64,000 nt of DNA from an uncultured Methanomicrobiales archaeon (GCA_963697895.1 OY969100.1:32001-96000), one strand, 5' to 3'. Counted from the stretch's first letter, positions 28,953 to 39,676 are shown. A program made the numbers and translations. Notes: a model not told the origin generated them from the letters alone.

Positions 28953-29897
28953 ATGCTTTCTGTGCTTCTTGTCGATGACGAACCGAGTGTGCTCGAGGTG
29001 ACCCGCCGGTACCTCGAACAGGAAGGGGAGATGACGGTCACGACCGCGGCCTCCGCGGAAGAGGCGCTTCGTCTCATCCCGCGTGAACGGTTCGATGCGA
29101 TCGTGGCAGATTACCAGTTGAACACGGTCACGGGGATCGATCTGTTAAAGGCGGTCCGCGGCGTGCCGGAGGGCACCGGGTCGATCGGATATGACCCGGC
29201 ATTCATCCTCCTCACCGGAAAGAGCCGGGAGAAGGTCGCGATCGATGCCCTGAACTATGGTGCCGATTATTACCTCCGGAAGGGGAGGAAGACCGGGGAG
29301 ATGCTCGCGACCCTGAAGGTGGCGATCTATTACGGCGTACAAAAGCGCCACGCTCTCCGGGGTTCTCTTCCATTGGCCCGTTCATCAGGCGAAGGGATCC
29401 ATGCGGCGGCTTCCGCATCCGGCGAACGCGTGCAGTCACCTGCCACCTCGCCCCCCGGAGGTATGCAAACGGTTCAGCTCCTCTCCTCGTGGGAATCCGC
29501 ATCTTTGGGGAATGGAGCAAAGGCAGCAAATTCCGAAACAGACGCAACACCGGCATCCCACACCGATCCGGACACGGCGCTCATCAGCCGGCTGACACAG
29601 AGAAGGGACGGATCGATCATCGTCTCCCCCCTGGGGAGTATTCTCTTTATCCATCCTGTTGCCGCCCCGCTCCTCGGGCTGGATTCCCCGGAGGCCGGGA
29701 TCGGGCGGCAGATCGGTGACCTGATCCCGGACGCTGTTTACGATCTCGTCCTCCTCAAGCGCCTTTCGATAGGGATCATCTCGAATTACCGTCTCCCGCA
29801 GAGCAGATCCCGGAAGGAGGCAACGATCACCCTCTCAAGGATCACGTTCGGGAAGGAAGAGGCGGCCCTCATCGAATTCCATCCGGACCAGAGATAG
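28953..29897 (+). CDS. Response regulator receiver plus PAS-like domain, paralogue with a long Ser/Pro/Ala linker
   Basis: LLVDDEPSVLEVTRR, IVADYQ, GADYYLRKG; shares DLIPDA-YD with the upstream paralogue. Confidence 0.85.
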   Translation: MLSVLLVDDEPSVLEVTRRYLEQEGEMTVTTAASAEEALRLIPRERFDAIVADYQLNTVTGIDLLKAVRGVPEGTGSIGYDPAFILLTGKSREKVAIDALNYGADYYLRKGRKTGEMLATLKVAIYYGVQKRHALRGSLPLARSSGEGIHAAASASGERVQSPATSPPGGMQTVQLLSSWESASLGNGAKAANSETDATPASHTDPDTALISRLTQRRDGSIIVSPLGSILFIHPVAAPLLGLDSPEAGIGRQIGDLIPDAVYDLVLLKRLSIGIISNYRLPQSRSRKEATITLSRITFGKEEAALIEFHPDQR

Positions 29898-29922
29898 GAT
29901 GCAATTAACCCTACCGGAGCTG

Positions 29923-30037
29923 GGTTCGGATAGTCCCCATAGAACCGGTGGCGGTCGGGGATTCTTTACCAGCCCAGAGATATGGTTCGGATAGTTCCTG
30001 CCGGCCCGGAGAGATATGGTTCGGATAGTTCCTGCCG
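29923..30037 (+). repeat. Short direct repeats (34-bp period)
   Basis: AGAGATATGGTTCGGATAGTTCCTGCCG at 29976 and 30010, with a partial GGTTCGGATAGT at 29923. Confidence 0.8.
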
Positions 30038-30176
30038 ACCAGAGAGAGGGTCCGGGTAATTCCGTCTGTACTTTCTCTCTTTTCCTCTTCGGATCCGGGT
30101 TTTGAGAACACCGGCATCCTTCCCTTTCGGGCAAAGATTTTTCCCTGTCATCGCCGATACTGCCACAGGTGCCCGG

Positions 30177-30620
30177 ATGGAGGATCTGGAAGAGGTAAAG
30201 GCCGCAAGCCCGGCCGGGAAGAAGATGCACATCAGTACGCCGGGGATCTGGCGGGACCGTATCGCCGCGATTCTCATGGTCGCTGCCGCGGCGGTCGCCC
30301 TGGGAGCGTTCGTGATGATCATCCTCGGCGAAGCGATCACCGATCCTGCACTGCAGGTGACGGCGCTCTGGCAGGCGCTCACCTATATCGTCCTCGCCGG
30401 CCTCTTCCTGCTCCTCGCCAATGCCCCCCGGGCATATCCGGGGGTCTGGGAGTTATCGATCTTCCTGAATGTCGCGATGGCGGTGGGGGCGTTCGTGCTG
30501 ACGAATGCGGCCGGAGCAGAGGCGGTCTTCTGGATAGAAGGGACGATCGCGCTCCTTATCATCATCTCGTACGTGCTATCGAACGGAGACCGTGCCTGGG
30601 GAAGGTTCCGGCACCTCTGA
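30177..30620 (+). CDS. Hypothetical membrane protein (about 4 TM)
   Basis: Four hydrophobic segments and a PRAYPGVWEL motif; start uncertain. Confidence 0.7.
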   Translation: MEDLEEVKAASPAGKKMHISTPGIWRDRIAAILMVAAAAVALGAFVMIILGEAITDPALQVTALWQALTYIVLAGLFLLLANAPRAYPGVWELSIFLNVAMAVGAFVLTNAAGAEAVFWIEGTIALLIIISYVLSNGDRAWGRFRHL

Positions 30621-30729
30621 ACCGTGGGATCGGATCTTCCTCTTTGACGGCATTATACCGGAAGAGAAATTGAGAATACCGGCAGGACGAGGAACGTCAG
30701 CTCGACGGATTTGAGGGGAAGAGATCACC

Positions 30730-31670
30730 ATGCGGTACATCGTAACGGGCGGGGCCGGCTTCATCGGCTCCCACATCGCTGAAGCGCTCGCGAAAAGAGG
30801 GGACGAGGTGCTGATCCTCGACGATCTCTCATCCGGGAGGAAAGAATATATCGCACCCCTCCTCGACCGGGATTCCGTATCGTTCGTCGAAGCAAGCATC
30901 CTCGACCTGGACGAGCTCCTCGAATCCTTCCGGGGGGCGGACGGGGTCTTTCACGAGGCGGCGTTCGTCTCCGTCCCGAAGTCGATCGAGCACCCGGTCC
31001 ACAACCATGACGTGAACGTCACCGGAACGTTAAACGTCCTCCTCGCTTCCCGGGACACCGGGGTGAAAAAAGCGGTCCTCGCATCTTCTGCGGCGGTCTA
31101 CGGGAACAGCCCCGACTCCCGAAACGGGAGGAGATGGCGCCCGACCCGCTCTCCCCGTATGCGGCGGCGAAGCTGGTGGACGAGTATTATGCCCGGATAT
31201 TTTCCCTGCTCTACGGGGTGGAGACGGTCTGCCTCCGGTACTTCAATGTCTATGGCCCCCGGCAGGATCCCACGTCCGAGTACGCCGCGGTAATTCCCCG
31301 GTTCATCTTCCGGCTCGCGGGAGGGGAGCCTCCGGTCATTTTCGGGGACGGCACCCAGACGAGGGACTTCGTCTTTGTCACCGATATAGTGGACGCGAAC
31401 CTCCGGGCGATGGGGAGCACGGCGACGGGCGTATTCAATATCGCATCGGGAACCGGGACGAGCATCAATACGCTGGCCGGTACCCTCATGGACCTTCTCG
31501 GGGTACCGGGTGCGCCGGAGTACCAGCCGGCCCGGGAAGGGGAGGTGCACCGTTCCGTGGCAGATATTTCGAAGGCCCGCGATGCGTTCGGGTTCACCCC
31601 GGGATACCCGCTCGAACGGGGGCTGAAAGAGACGGTGGACTGGTTTAAACGCCAGCCCGCGCCGATCTGA
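30730..31670 (+). CDS. NAD-dependent epimerase (UDP-Glc/GlcNAc 4-epimerase-like); one frameshift near 31115
   Basis: [17 protein letters not shown], then in a second frame PYAAAK (YxxxK), RYFNVYGPRQD and QTRDFVFV. Confidence 0.85.
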
Positions 31671-32351
31671 CATCGCGGGGAATAAAGACGGTAGCCTGGA
31701 TGATCCTGGCGATCGAAAACCTATTGATCTTTTTTTTATCAGGCTGCACGATCGGACCATACCCTGCCAGAGTAACCGTTGACCTTTTCCGGTAACCGCC
31801 TGCGGATCTGACATTCCGCCCGGTGTTCTCTCCCGTAGGGATGCGGCCGGAATCTCCTTTTCCTTTATATTCATCAGCCTGATGAATCCGAACCGCCGTG
31901 ATAAATAAGTGGGTCTGTGTTGAAGAGTCAGGTGAAGGTGGCAGGTGAACGGGTAGGGGGATACCTTCCCCTTCACGATCATTGATACTCCGGATCAGAT
32001 CATTGACTCCCGGCGTTCAACGGTCGAACCGGTTCCACGTGAAGATCATTTATCCGATCATTGAGTAAGAGAGCGGGGATAATATATGATAAGCAGTTCA
32101 TCAAGGCGCCCGAACCATCGGCGGCTGACCTATAATCAGCGTATTTTGCAGGTTTCCATATGTATGCGGGGGTATAATTCACGAACGACACGGGGCCGGC
32201 GGTGCGGTTATCATGACGATTTATAGGCGTTAATCCCCGGTTCATTTCCTATCCCGGTGTGCGTGAGAAGAAATCTTCCTCCTGTTCTTCCCTTCTCAAT
32301 CCGCGTGACTATTTATACCACAACGCCAATTCCTCTCTGTAGAGGTATATC

Positions 32352-33694
32352 ATGCACATTTACTGGCTCTTTACCCGCGGCCTGGTCCTGATGCTCCTCG
32401 CCTGCGGGCTCTTCGGGATCGCAGCCGCACAGATCGGCGGGGACACCGGGTACTTCGATATCACGTCGAACCCGTCGGGTGCGTCGGTCACCTTTGACGG
32501 GTCGTACCGGGGAACGACCCCGGTCACCGTCCCGGTCCTGGTCACCGCCGATCCCTCCCACACGATCTCGCTGACCAAGTCGGGCTATCAGCCCTGGTCG
32601 GATACCTACGAGGGGAACCCGGAGGCGGGAGATACGATCACGATCAACGCCGACCTGATCTTCATCCCGGTCACCCAGCCGACCACCCAGATCGGGGGCG
32701 GTAAGGGGTACTATCAGATCTCCTCCTCGCCGCAGGGGGGGAACGTCTACTTTGACGGCGCGTACCAGGGGACCGCCCCGGTGACCGTCCAGGTCTCGTC
32801 ATCGGGCACCCCGGGCCACACGATCCAGGTCACCCTCTCCGGGTACCAGAGCTGGTCCCAGAACTACCCGGGCAACCCGGCGGACGGCCAGACGGTGTAC
32901 GTGACCGCCTACCTGACCCCGATCGCGACCTACGGGAGCATCTCGGTCTCTTCGAATCCTTCGCAGGCGACGGCTGTCCTTGACGGCAGCCAGTCCCTGC
33001 TGACCCCGGCGACCTTCAACAACGTCCTCCCCGGCACCCACACGATCATGGTGAGCAAGTCCGGGTACTCGACGTCCTCCCGGACGGTCTCGGTCTCGGC
33101 GGGAAGCAACACGCCGGTCTCGGTGACGCTCAGCCAGCTCCCCCGAACACGGGAAGTATCTACATGGTGACGAACCCCCAGGGGGCCGCGGCCTACGTGG
33201 ACGGGACGTACTACGGGATGACCCCGGCGCTTGCACCCGGCCTTTCGGCCGGCACCCACCAGGTCCGGCTCTCCCTCTCCGGTTTCCAGGACTACCTGGG
33301 GATTACCACTGTCGTGGGCGGCCAGACGACCACGGTGACGCAGACGCTCGTCGTCGCGCCGACCGGCACCCCGACCCCGACCCAGTCTCCGGGCACCGGA
33401 TCGATCGCGGTCTCCTCTGTCCCGGGCGGGGCCTCGGTCTTCCTCGATAACGCCTATGTCGGGATCAGCCCGCTCACCATCCCCTCGGTCCAGCCCGGCT
33501 CCCATGTCGTCACGATCACGCAGACCGGGTACCAGAACTACGAGATGACCGTGACGGTCCAGGGCGGCCAGACGGCCCAGGTCTCGGCAACGCTCACGCC
33601 GGTCACCTCGCCGACCCCCACCCAGGGGAGCCTGCCCGCGATCGTCGCGGTCATCGGGCTTCTCGCGGTCGCGGTGCTGGCGAGGAGAAAATAA
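32352..33694 (+). CDS. Multi-PEGA-domain surface protein with signal peptide and C-terminal TM anchor; frameshift near 33150
   Basis: Repeated SxPxGAxVxxDGxYxGxTP units across ORFs 32352..33170 and 33164..33694; ends LPAIVAVIGLLAVAVLARRK. Confidence 0.85.
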
Positions 33695-33826
33695 CTTTTT
33701 TTTAACGATACCGGGGATATGTCTGCAATGAGGCTGTTCGTGTATCAGAAGTGAACAGCGGCATCATGCCTGGTTTATGGGAAATCTACTGGACTTAGTT
33801 CAATTATTTTAAAGAAGGGAGGCATT

Positions 33827-34060
33827 ATGAAAAATAAGAATACTATCAACGTATCGAAAGAGAAACGGGACGATATGGTCTCGGCAATACAGAATTATTT
33901 TTTAACGGAAAGAGAAGAAGAGATCGGTGATCTGGCTGCAGGCTTCATGTTAACATTTATCATGGAAGAACTGGCACCGGAATTTTACAATCAGGGGGTG
34001 TATGACTCGTATGTCTGTATGAGAGACATGACTGAAGATTTACTGTCGATCCAAAAATAA
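33827..34060 (+). CDS. DUF2164-family small protein
   Basis: IQNYFLTEREEEIGDLAAGFML.FI.EELAPEFYNQGV pattern; GGGAGG RBS. Confidence 0.75.
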   Translation: MKNKNTINVSKEKRDDMVSAIQNYFLTEREEEIGDLAAGFMLTFIMEELAPEFYNQGVYDSYVCMRDMTEDLLSIQK

Positions 34061-34292
34061 GTGGGTACTGCATAGTTTTCATGTTCCGATCTCAAGATCG
34101 AACCTTTTGTATCAGAGAGAAGCTTTCATCGGAACAGTCCGGTCCGATGCAACCGGGACACTCTCCTTTTCACAACGATTATGTGCGGTCACCGGGAAAT
34201 AATAAGACTATGCGGGGGGACTGTTCATATCTCCGGATATTATCCCCGGTCCGATCCGTTCCCGCGGGATGGAGATCGAATCAGGTGATACC

Positions 34293-35558
34293 ATGCAGAT
34301 TGCGGTGATTGGAACCGGGTATGTCGGAGCGGTAACCGGGGCGTGCCTGGCGGAACTCGGGCACGAGATCCTGTTCGTCGGACGGAATACGCAGAAACTC
34401 GACCTGATCCGTTCGGGAAAGAGCCCCATATTCGAACCGGGGCTGGAGCAGTTGTTAGAGAAGAACCGGCAGAGGATCAGGACAACGACGGATCTCTCCG
34501 AAGCGGTGAAGCAGTCCGAACTCACGTTCATCTGCGTGGGGACACCGTCGCAGGACGATGGATCGATCGATCTGTCGCAGGTACGGGAGGTGTCGGGGAC
34601 GATCGGGAAAAGCCTGGGCGAGGATGATACGCGCCATACGATCATTGTCAAAAGCACGGTGCTCCCCGGTACCACCGAGACGCTGGTGATCCCTGTTCTC
34701 GAGAAAGAATCCGGCAAAAAAGCGTACGTGGACTTTGGGATCGCCTCTAACCCGGAATTTTTAAAAGAGGGGACAGCGGTAGAGGATTTTTTCCATACCG
34801 ACCGGGTGGTGATCGGCGCCAACGACCAGAAGACGCGCGATGTAGTGGAAAAGGTGTACCGGCCCCTCCACGTGCCCATCTTTATCACGGCGATCCGCAC
34901 CTCGGAGATGATCAAGTACACGAGCAACGCGTTCCTCGCGACCAAGATCAGTTTTGCGAACGAGATCGGAAACCTCTGCAAGAAGATGGGGATCGACAGC
35001 TATGCGGTCTTCGCCGGGGTCGGCCTCGATACGCGGATCAGCCCGCATTTCTTCCGCTCCGGGATCGGGTTTGGCGGGTCGTGTTTCCCGAAAGACGTCC
35101 GTGCACTGATCGCCCATTCCCGGGCGCTCGGGGTGGAACCGCGGATCCTCGATGCGGTGATGGAAACGAACGAGGACCAGCCTGCCGCGATGATCGAACT
35201 CCTGAAGCGGCATATGGATCTCCCGGGAAAGACGATCGGGGTGCTCGGCCTGGCGTTCAAACCGGAGAGCGATGATATCCGGGAGAGCAGGGCGGTCCCG
35301 GTCATCGAGGCGCTCCTCGTGGAGGGGGCGGAGATCGTCGCCTACGATCCGGTCGCGATGGATAATTTCCGGCGGATCTTTCCCGGCATCCGGTATGCCG
35401 GAACCGCGGAGGAGGTCCTCCATGCGGATGCAATCCTTATCGTCACGGAGTGGAAGGAGTTTTCGTCCCTGGATTACCACGGGAAGATCGTGATCGATGG
35501 CCGGAGAATAGAAAAAGCCCAGAAGGAAGCGGCGGTGTACGAGGGGATCTGCTGGTGA
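34293..35558 (+). CDS. ugd: UDP-glucose 6-dehydrogenase
   Basis: VIGTGYVG, ICVGTP, KSTVLPGT, SNPEFLKEG, GFGGSCFPKD, GLAFKP.SDD.RES. Confidence 0.92.
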   Translation: MQIAVIGTGYVGAVTGACLAELGHEILFVGRNTQKLDLIRSGKSPIFEPGLEQLLEKNRQRIRTTTDLSEAVKQSELTFICVGTPSQDDGSIDLSQVREVSGTIGKSLGEDDTRHTIIVKSTVLPGTTETLVIPVLEKESGKKAYVDFGIASNPEFLKEGTAVEDFFHTDRVVIGANDQKTRDVVEKVYRPLHVPIFITAIRTSEMIKYTSNAFLATKISFANEIGNLCKKMGIDSYAVFAGVGLDTRISPHFFRSGIGFGGSCFPKDVRALIAHSRALGVEPRILDAVMETNEDQPAAMIELLKRHMDLPGKTIGVLGLAFKPESDDIRESRAVPVIEALLVEGAEIVAYDPVAMDNFRRIFPGIRYAGTAEEVLHADAILIVTEWKEFSSLDYHGKIVIDGRRIEKAQKEAAVYEGICW

Positions 35559-35587
35559 TGAAGGTTTCCCCGAGGAGGAGGTCTGCC

Positions 35588-35897
35588 AAAATGAAGGTTC
35601 AGACGGCGGTATCCGAGGGGATGTTCCGGTGATGCGGTTTCCCCGCGGAGGGGGGTCTCTGAAATGAAGGTTCAGACGGCGGTATCCGAGGGGATGTTCC
35701 GGTGATGCGGTTTCCCCGCGGAGGGGGGTCTCTGAAATGAAGGTTCAGACGGCGGTATCCGAGGGGATGTTCCGGTGATGCGGTTTCCCCGCGGAGGGGG
35801 GTCTCTGAAATGAAGGTTCAGACGGCGGTATCCGAGGGGATGTTCCGGTGATGCGGTTTCCCCGCGGAGGGGGGTCTCTGAAATGAAGGTTCAGACA
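35588..35897 (+). repeat. Tandem array of four essentially identical 73-bp units plus a partial fifth, each encoding the mini-ORF MKVQTAVSEGMFR
   Basis: ATGAAGGTTCAGAC starts at 35591, 35664, 35737, 35810 and 35883; the last is the real galU start. Confidence 0.95.
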
Positions 35898-36755
35898 GCG
35901 GTGATCCCGGCCGCCGGGCTCGGGACCCGGTTCCTTCCGGTGACGAAATCGATGCCGAAGGAGATGCTCCCGATCATCAGCAAACCGGTCATCCATTACG
36001 TGGTCGAGGAGGCGATACAGTCGGGGATCGAGGATATCATCATCATCACCGGCCGGGGGAAGCGGGCGATCGAGGACTATTTCGATGACGCCCCGGAGCT
36101 GGCGATGTACCTCCGGTCCCGGAAAAAGGATGAGATGCTCCGGTGCCTGGAAGATGTCTCGCAGTTCTGCGGCATCCATTACATCCGGCAGCGGGAGCCC
36201 CGGGGGCTCGGGGACGCGATCCTCTGTGCGGAACGGCACTGCGGCGGGGAACCCTTCGCGGTGCTCCTCGGCGACGACATCATGAAGGATACCACGCCGT
36301 GCATCGGGCAGATGATCCCGTACTTCGAGAGGCAGAAAGATTCGGTCATCGCGATCCAGGAGATCCCGGTCGAGAAACTGTCGCGGTACGGGATTGTGAA
36401 GGGGACGATGGTCGGGGAGAACCTCATGCAGCTGGAGGACATCGTCGAAAAACCCCGCCCCGAAGAGGCTCCTTCCCGCTGTGCCGCGATCGGGCGGTAC
36501 CTGTTCGTCCCTGAGTTGTTCGACTGCCTGAAGGATACGACACCGGGAGTCGGCGGGGAGATCCAGCTGACGGACGCGATCAAGCTGCTGATAAAACGGC
36601 ATCCGGTCTACGGGTACCTGTTCCGGGGACACCGGTTCGACACCGGCGATAAATGGGGATATATCGAGACGATCCTCCATTACGCCCGGGAGGATCCGCA
36701 GATCCGGCCGCTGCTGGAAGAATATCTGAAAAATATGTGCACAGATCTTCGTTGA
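35883..36755 (+). CDS. galU: UTP--glucose-1-phosphate uridylyltransferase
   Basis: AVIPAAGLGTRFLPVTKSMPKEMLP, GLGDAI, LLGDD, VEKP, GEIQLTDA. Confidence 0.95.
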   Translation: MKVQTAVIPAAGLGTRFLPVTKSMPKEMLPIISKPVIHYVVEEAIQSGIEDIIIITGRGKRAIEDYFDDAPELAMYLRSRKKDEMLRCLEDVSQFCGIHYIRQREPRGLGDAILCAERHCGGEPFAVLLGDDIMKDTTPCIGQMIPYFERQKDSVIAIQEIPVEKLSRYGIVKGTMVGENLMQLEDIVEKPRPEEAPSRCAAIGRYLFVPELFDCLKDTTPGVGGEIQLTDAIKLLIKRHPVYGYLFRGHRFDTGDKWGYIETILHYAREDPQIRPLLEEYLKNMCTDLR

Positions 36756-36887
36756 CAGGGAAAGAGAGGGCAATCCTTCCTGGCACCATTTTCCAGAAAT
36801 CTCTCCCGGAATCCGGATACTGGCCTCTTATCCGGAAGTCGGGAAATCTGCGATATCCTGAAGAATCTCATCCGATGAGTCTTCCAG

Positions 36888-37178
36888 TCAAATCCTGCCG
36901 TATTTTTTATGGGCCTGCCCTATTGTCATGATATCATGGATCCGGACGAGATTGGCCCCGCTATCGATCGTATAAAAGGCGGTATAGCTTCTCCCGATAT
37001 GAAGCCGGTATACGGCTATCCCCTCTTTAAGCTGGAGTTTCTCTTTATCGCCACCTATACCGGGATAGGGGTTCTCCTCAAGGGTCATGAGTGCATCGTG
37101 AATTATTCGACGAGTTTTTTCCGGCAGCTCATTGATCGATTCGACCAGATGTCGTTTGATACATACACGGTATGTCAC
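36888..37178 (-). CDS. RelE/ParE-family toxin
   Basis: 96 aa, LEENPYPG...YRLHIGRSYTAFY...AHKKY; GTGA overlap with the upstream antitoxin. Confidence 0.8.
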   Translation of the reverse strand: MTYRVCIKRHLVESINELPEKTRRIIHDALMTLEENPYPGIGGDKEKLQLKEGIAVYRLHIGRSYTAFYTIDSGANLVRIHDIMTIGQAHKKYGRI

Positions 37179-37369
37179 ACCTTTATCTCCGACAGCGGTA
37201 CAAAATCGTTTTCATCCATCGAACGCTCGATGTCTTCCATGAGGCGATGTTTCTTTTTCTGGTCAATCATCTCGGCAAGAAGGTCGTTATAGGTCTGGCC
37301 CGCGGATCGCATCTCTGCGAGTTCCTTCCAGACCTGTTCGGTGACCGGTATTCTTTTGGGGAGATTCAT
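37175..37369 (-). CDS. Antitoxin (RelB-like, archaeal RHH type)
   Basis: KRIPVTEQVWKELAEMRSAGQTYNDLL...FVPLSEI; coupled to the toxin; TTTTAAAT box about 25 nt upstream. Confidence 0.75.
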   Translation of the reverse strand: MNLPKRIPVTEQVWKELAEMRSAGQTYNDLLAEMIDQKKKHRLMEDIERSMDENDFVPLSEIKV

Positions 37370-37494
37370 GGTACATATTGTAAACATGATACATATTTAA
37401 AACTTGTAACCAGGCACCCCTGCCGATATCCCGTTCGATGGGATAAGGTTCGGGTCGCGAAGGTGTCGACGATGCGATCGGGCGATAAAAAAAG

Positions 37495-38032
37495 TTAGCC
37501 CCCCGCGAGGGGAGCGGGGTTCGTCCCGCGGGAAGTCGCGGGTATTCGAGGTTCGTCCGGGGGTTCGTGGATTCCGGGTGCATCGAGTCCCGGACTCCCC
37601 GCAGCGTTGACACCCGGTTCGTCCTTATCCCCTGTTCGTACCGATCCACTATCAGGGATCGGTCCGGAGATCCCGTCTTCCGGATCTTCGCCTTCTTCTT
37701 CGACGATCTCTTCGATCGTTCCGGGATAAGATCCGGTACCGGTGCCATCCCCGGTGGGGTCCCCGGGCCCAGAGTTCTCTTGAGATCTCCGGGAATATCG
37801 CGATCCCCCGGAGTTCGGCGATCTCCGCTGCGCAGGAATAGAGGATCTCCTTCGGGTCGTACCGTGCATACCGGAGCCTCCGCACCCGGACGATGGTGGT
37901 TAAATGCCGGGAGGAGATGATGAAGTCGAATGCGGTATAATCCACCGCGAGCGGGATCACTTCGTACCCCCGGTCCCCGGCGGCGTGGATCGCTTCCTGG
38001 ATCGCCACCTGTGGCTGCCGCCCGCGGGTCAT
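37495..38032 (-). CDS. Hjc/PD-(D/E)xK-like small protein with acidic disordered tail; frameshift near 37727
   Basis: MTRGRQPQVAIQEA...RGY...FDFII...VRVRR...ELWARG...WHRYRIL, continuing as PGTIEEIVEEEG in ORF 37495..37869; ATGA-coupled to the upstream gene. Confidence 0.6.
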
Positions 38033-39006
38033 CCGGCCTCGCCGCGTGCGGTTCCGGGGACGGACTGCAGCTCCACCGGCGGTGTCTCCTTCCCGGTTTT
38101 CGGGACGGATTGGTAGAACGGCATCTCTGTTGATGGCTTCTCCTCTCCGGTTTTCGGGATGTTCCGCGGGAACGGTACCTCCACGGACGGCGTCTCCTCT
38201 CCGGTTTTCGGGATGTTCCGCGGGAACGGTACCTCCACGGACGGCGTCTCCTCTCCGGTTTTCGGGATGTTCCGCGGGAACGGTACCTCCACGGAAAGGG
38301 GTTCCGAACTCTCTTTTCGTCCCCATTCACGCCGGATACGCCGGATCCCGCCGGGGAGCACCTCGTAACAGTGGCACCCGTCAGGCGGGCAGAAGATCCA
38401 GGCCTCCTTCCGGACGACCGCGGGACTTCCGATATCCCTGAGGCAGGCGAGCCCGTCGCGGTACCGGAGGAAGACGGCGTGTGCATCGGGTACGGGCTGC
38501 TTCGAGCGGCGGACCATGACGAGGAGGATCTCGTCTGTCCGGACCGCGATGAGGTCCGGGGGAGACGGGTACCCCTGCCACCGGCTGACGATCCACCCGT
38601 CCTGCCTCAGGCGGTAGCACGCCTCGTACTCGCCGTCGCACCCCTTCCGGTAGCGGACACGGTCGGGCTCCGGGCCCGGGCGCCGTCCGCCAGGGAGGGC
38701 GAGGGGATCCTTATTCGGGTTCCGTACCGGATCCACCGGATCGGATACCTGGATTGAGAGGGGGTCGTGCGGTGGATTCTGCTCAGGGTCCTCCCTTCTC
38801 TCAGGACCGGATATCTGTGGGGAGAGCGGATCCTTCTCCGGGGAGAAAGTCGACTGCTCCGGGAGAATATTCTGTATTCGTTCCGGTTTCCGGTCCTGCA
38901 CAGGGAGGGGATCTGCAGAGCTCCCATTCGATGCGGGGGAGCCGGAGTCCTGGTCCGGTTTGACCAGCTCCGTTCGTTCTTCGATCTCGGTTGTCATCTC
39001 GATCAC
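38029..39006 (-). CDS. Hjc-like (PD-(D/E)xK fold) protein with disordered N- and C-termini
   Basis: KGCDGEYEACYRLRQDGWIVSRWQGYPSPPDLIAVRTDEILLVMVRR matches the archaeal Holliday-junction resolvase layout, but ExK is replaced by MVR. Confidence 0.65.
   Translation of the reverse strand: MIEMTTEIEERTELVKPDQDSGSPASNGSSADPLPVQDRKPERIQNILPEQSTFSPEKDPLSPQISGPERREDPEQNPPHDPLSIQVSDPVDPVRNPNKDPLALPGGRRPGPEPDRVRYRKGCDGEYEACYRLRQDGWIVSRWQGYPSPPDLIAVRTDEILLVMVRRSKQPVPDAHAVFLRYRDGLACLRDIGSPAVVRKEAWIFCPPDGCHCYEVLPGGIRRIRREWGRKESSEPLSVEVPFPRNIPKTGEETPSVEVPFPRNIPKTGEETPSVEVPFPRNIPKTGEEKPSTEMPFYQSVPKTGKETPPVELQSVPGTARGEAG
38085..38296 (-). repeat. In-frame 54-bp tandem repeat (SVEVPFPRNIPKTGEETP x3 plus a degenerate copy)
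   Basis: GTTCCGCGGGAAC at 38161, 38215 and 38269. Confidence 0.9.
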
Positions 39007-39676
39007 TTTTTTTCATTCGGTCTGTCTTCAACAACAATTCGGGAAATTGCAGAGCATTCGCTCACGGTTTCAACGATTGTGCCGGAGACAAAACCCGTGC
39101 ACGGCTCGCCGAATCAGACACGGGAGCGTTCAGGAGTTGTTGTCAGCGGGCACCCGGGGCGCCGGCCGTCATCGTTGGCGGAAAAAGAGGAGGGTACGGG
39201 GTGAAAAAATTCGAACAGGGAATGGGATCCTGTAGTGAGGCCCCATCCCCGTCTGCTGCATCGCCGGCCGGGGTCGGTACACCCCGGTCAGCAGGTCCAC
39301 CACGAGACAGGTCCGCTCGATGACGGTGACGATCGCCGTCTGAAAACGCGGCGATGGTACCACCGTTCGCACCGTCCTGACCAGTTTCGTGAGGAAATTC
39401 CGGATCATTGCTGTGCATAAAAGTCAATAATTTAAGGGATAAACCTTGCGGTCTCACAGGGAAAAAAACGTGCAATGCGCCGGAAATTCTCGTATTGCGC
39501 GACGATCCATCGACCTTCAGGGGATCGCGCAGCGATGAGATGGGAAATCCCGGAAAGAACGGGGAAAATTAGGGGAAACAGGAAGCCTGGGCAGGAGGTG
39601 CGGCAGCGTGGAGCCCACGGGTACGGGTGCGTACCGCTGGAAACGGACTTCTCGGAAGGACGTACGGAATCCGCAA

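Noticed and set aside
35588-35897. 73-bp periodic repeat as a CRISPR array
   Set aside because: The units have no unique spacers, derive from the ugd/galU junction, and no cas genes are present.
39143-39475. Overlapping small ORFs upstream of the Hjc-like pair
   Set aside because: Several competing frames and no motif, so I cannot support any one of them, though a small gene is not excluded.
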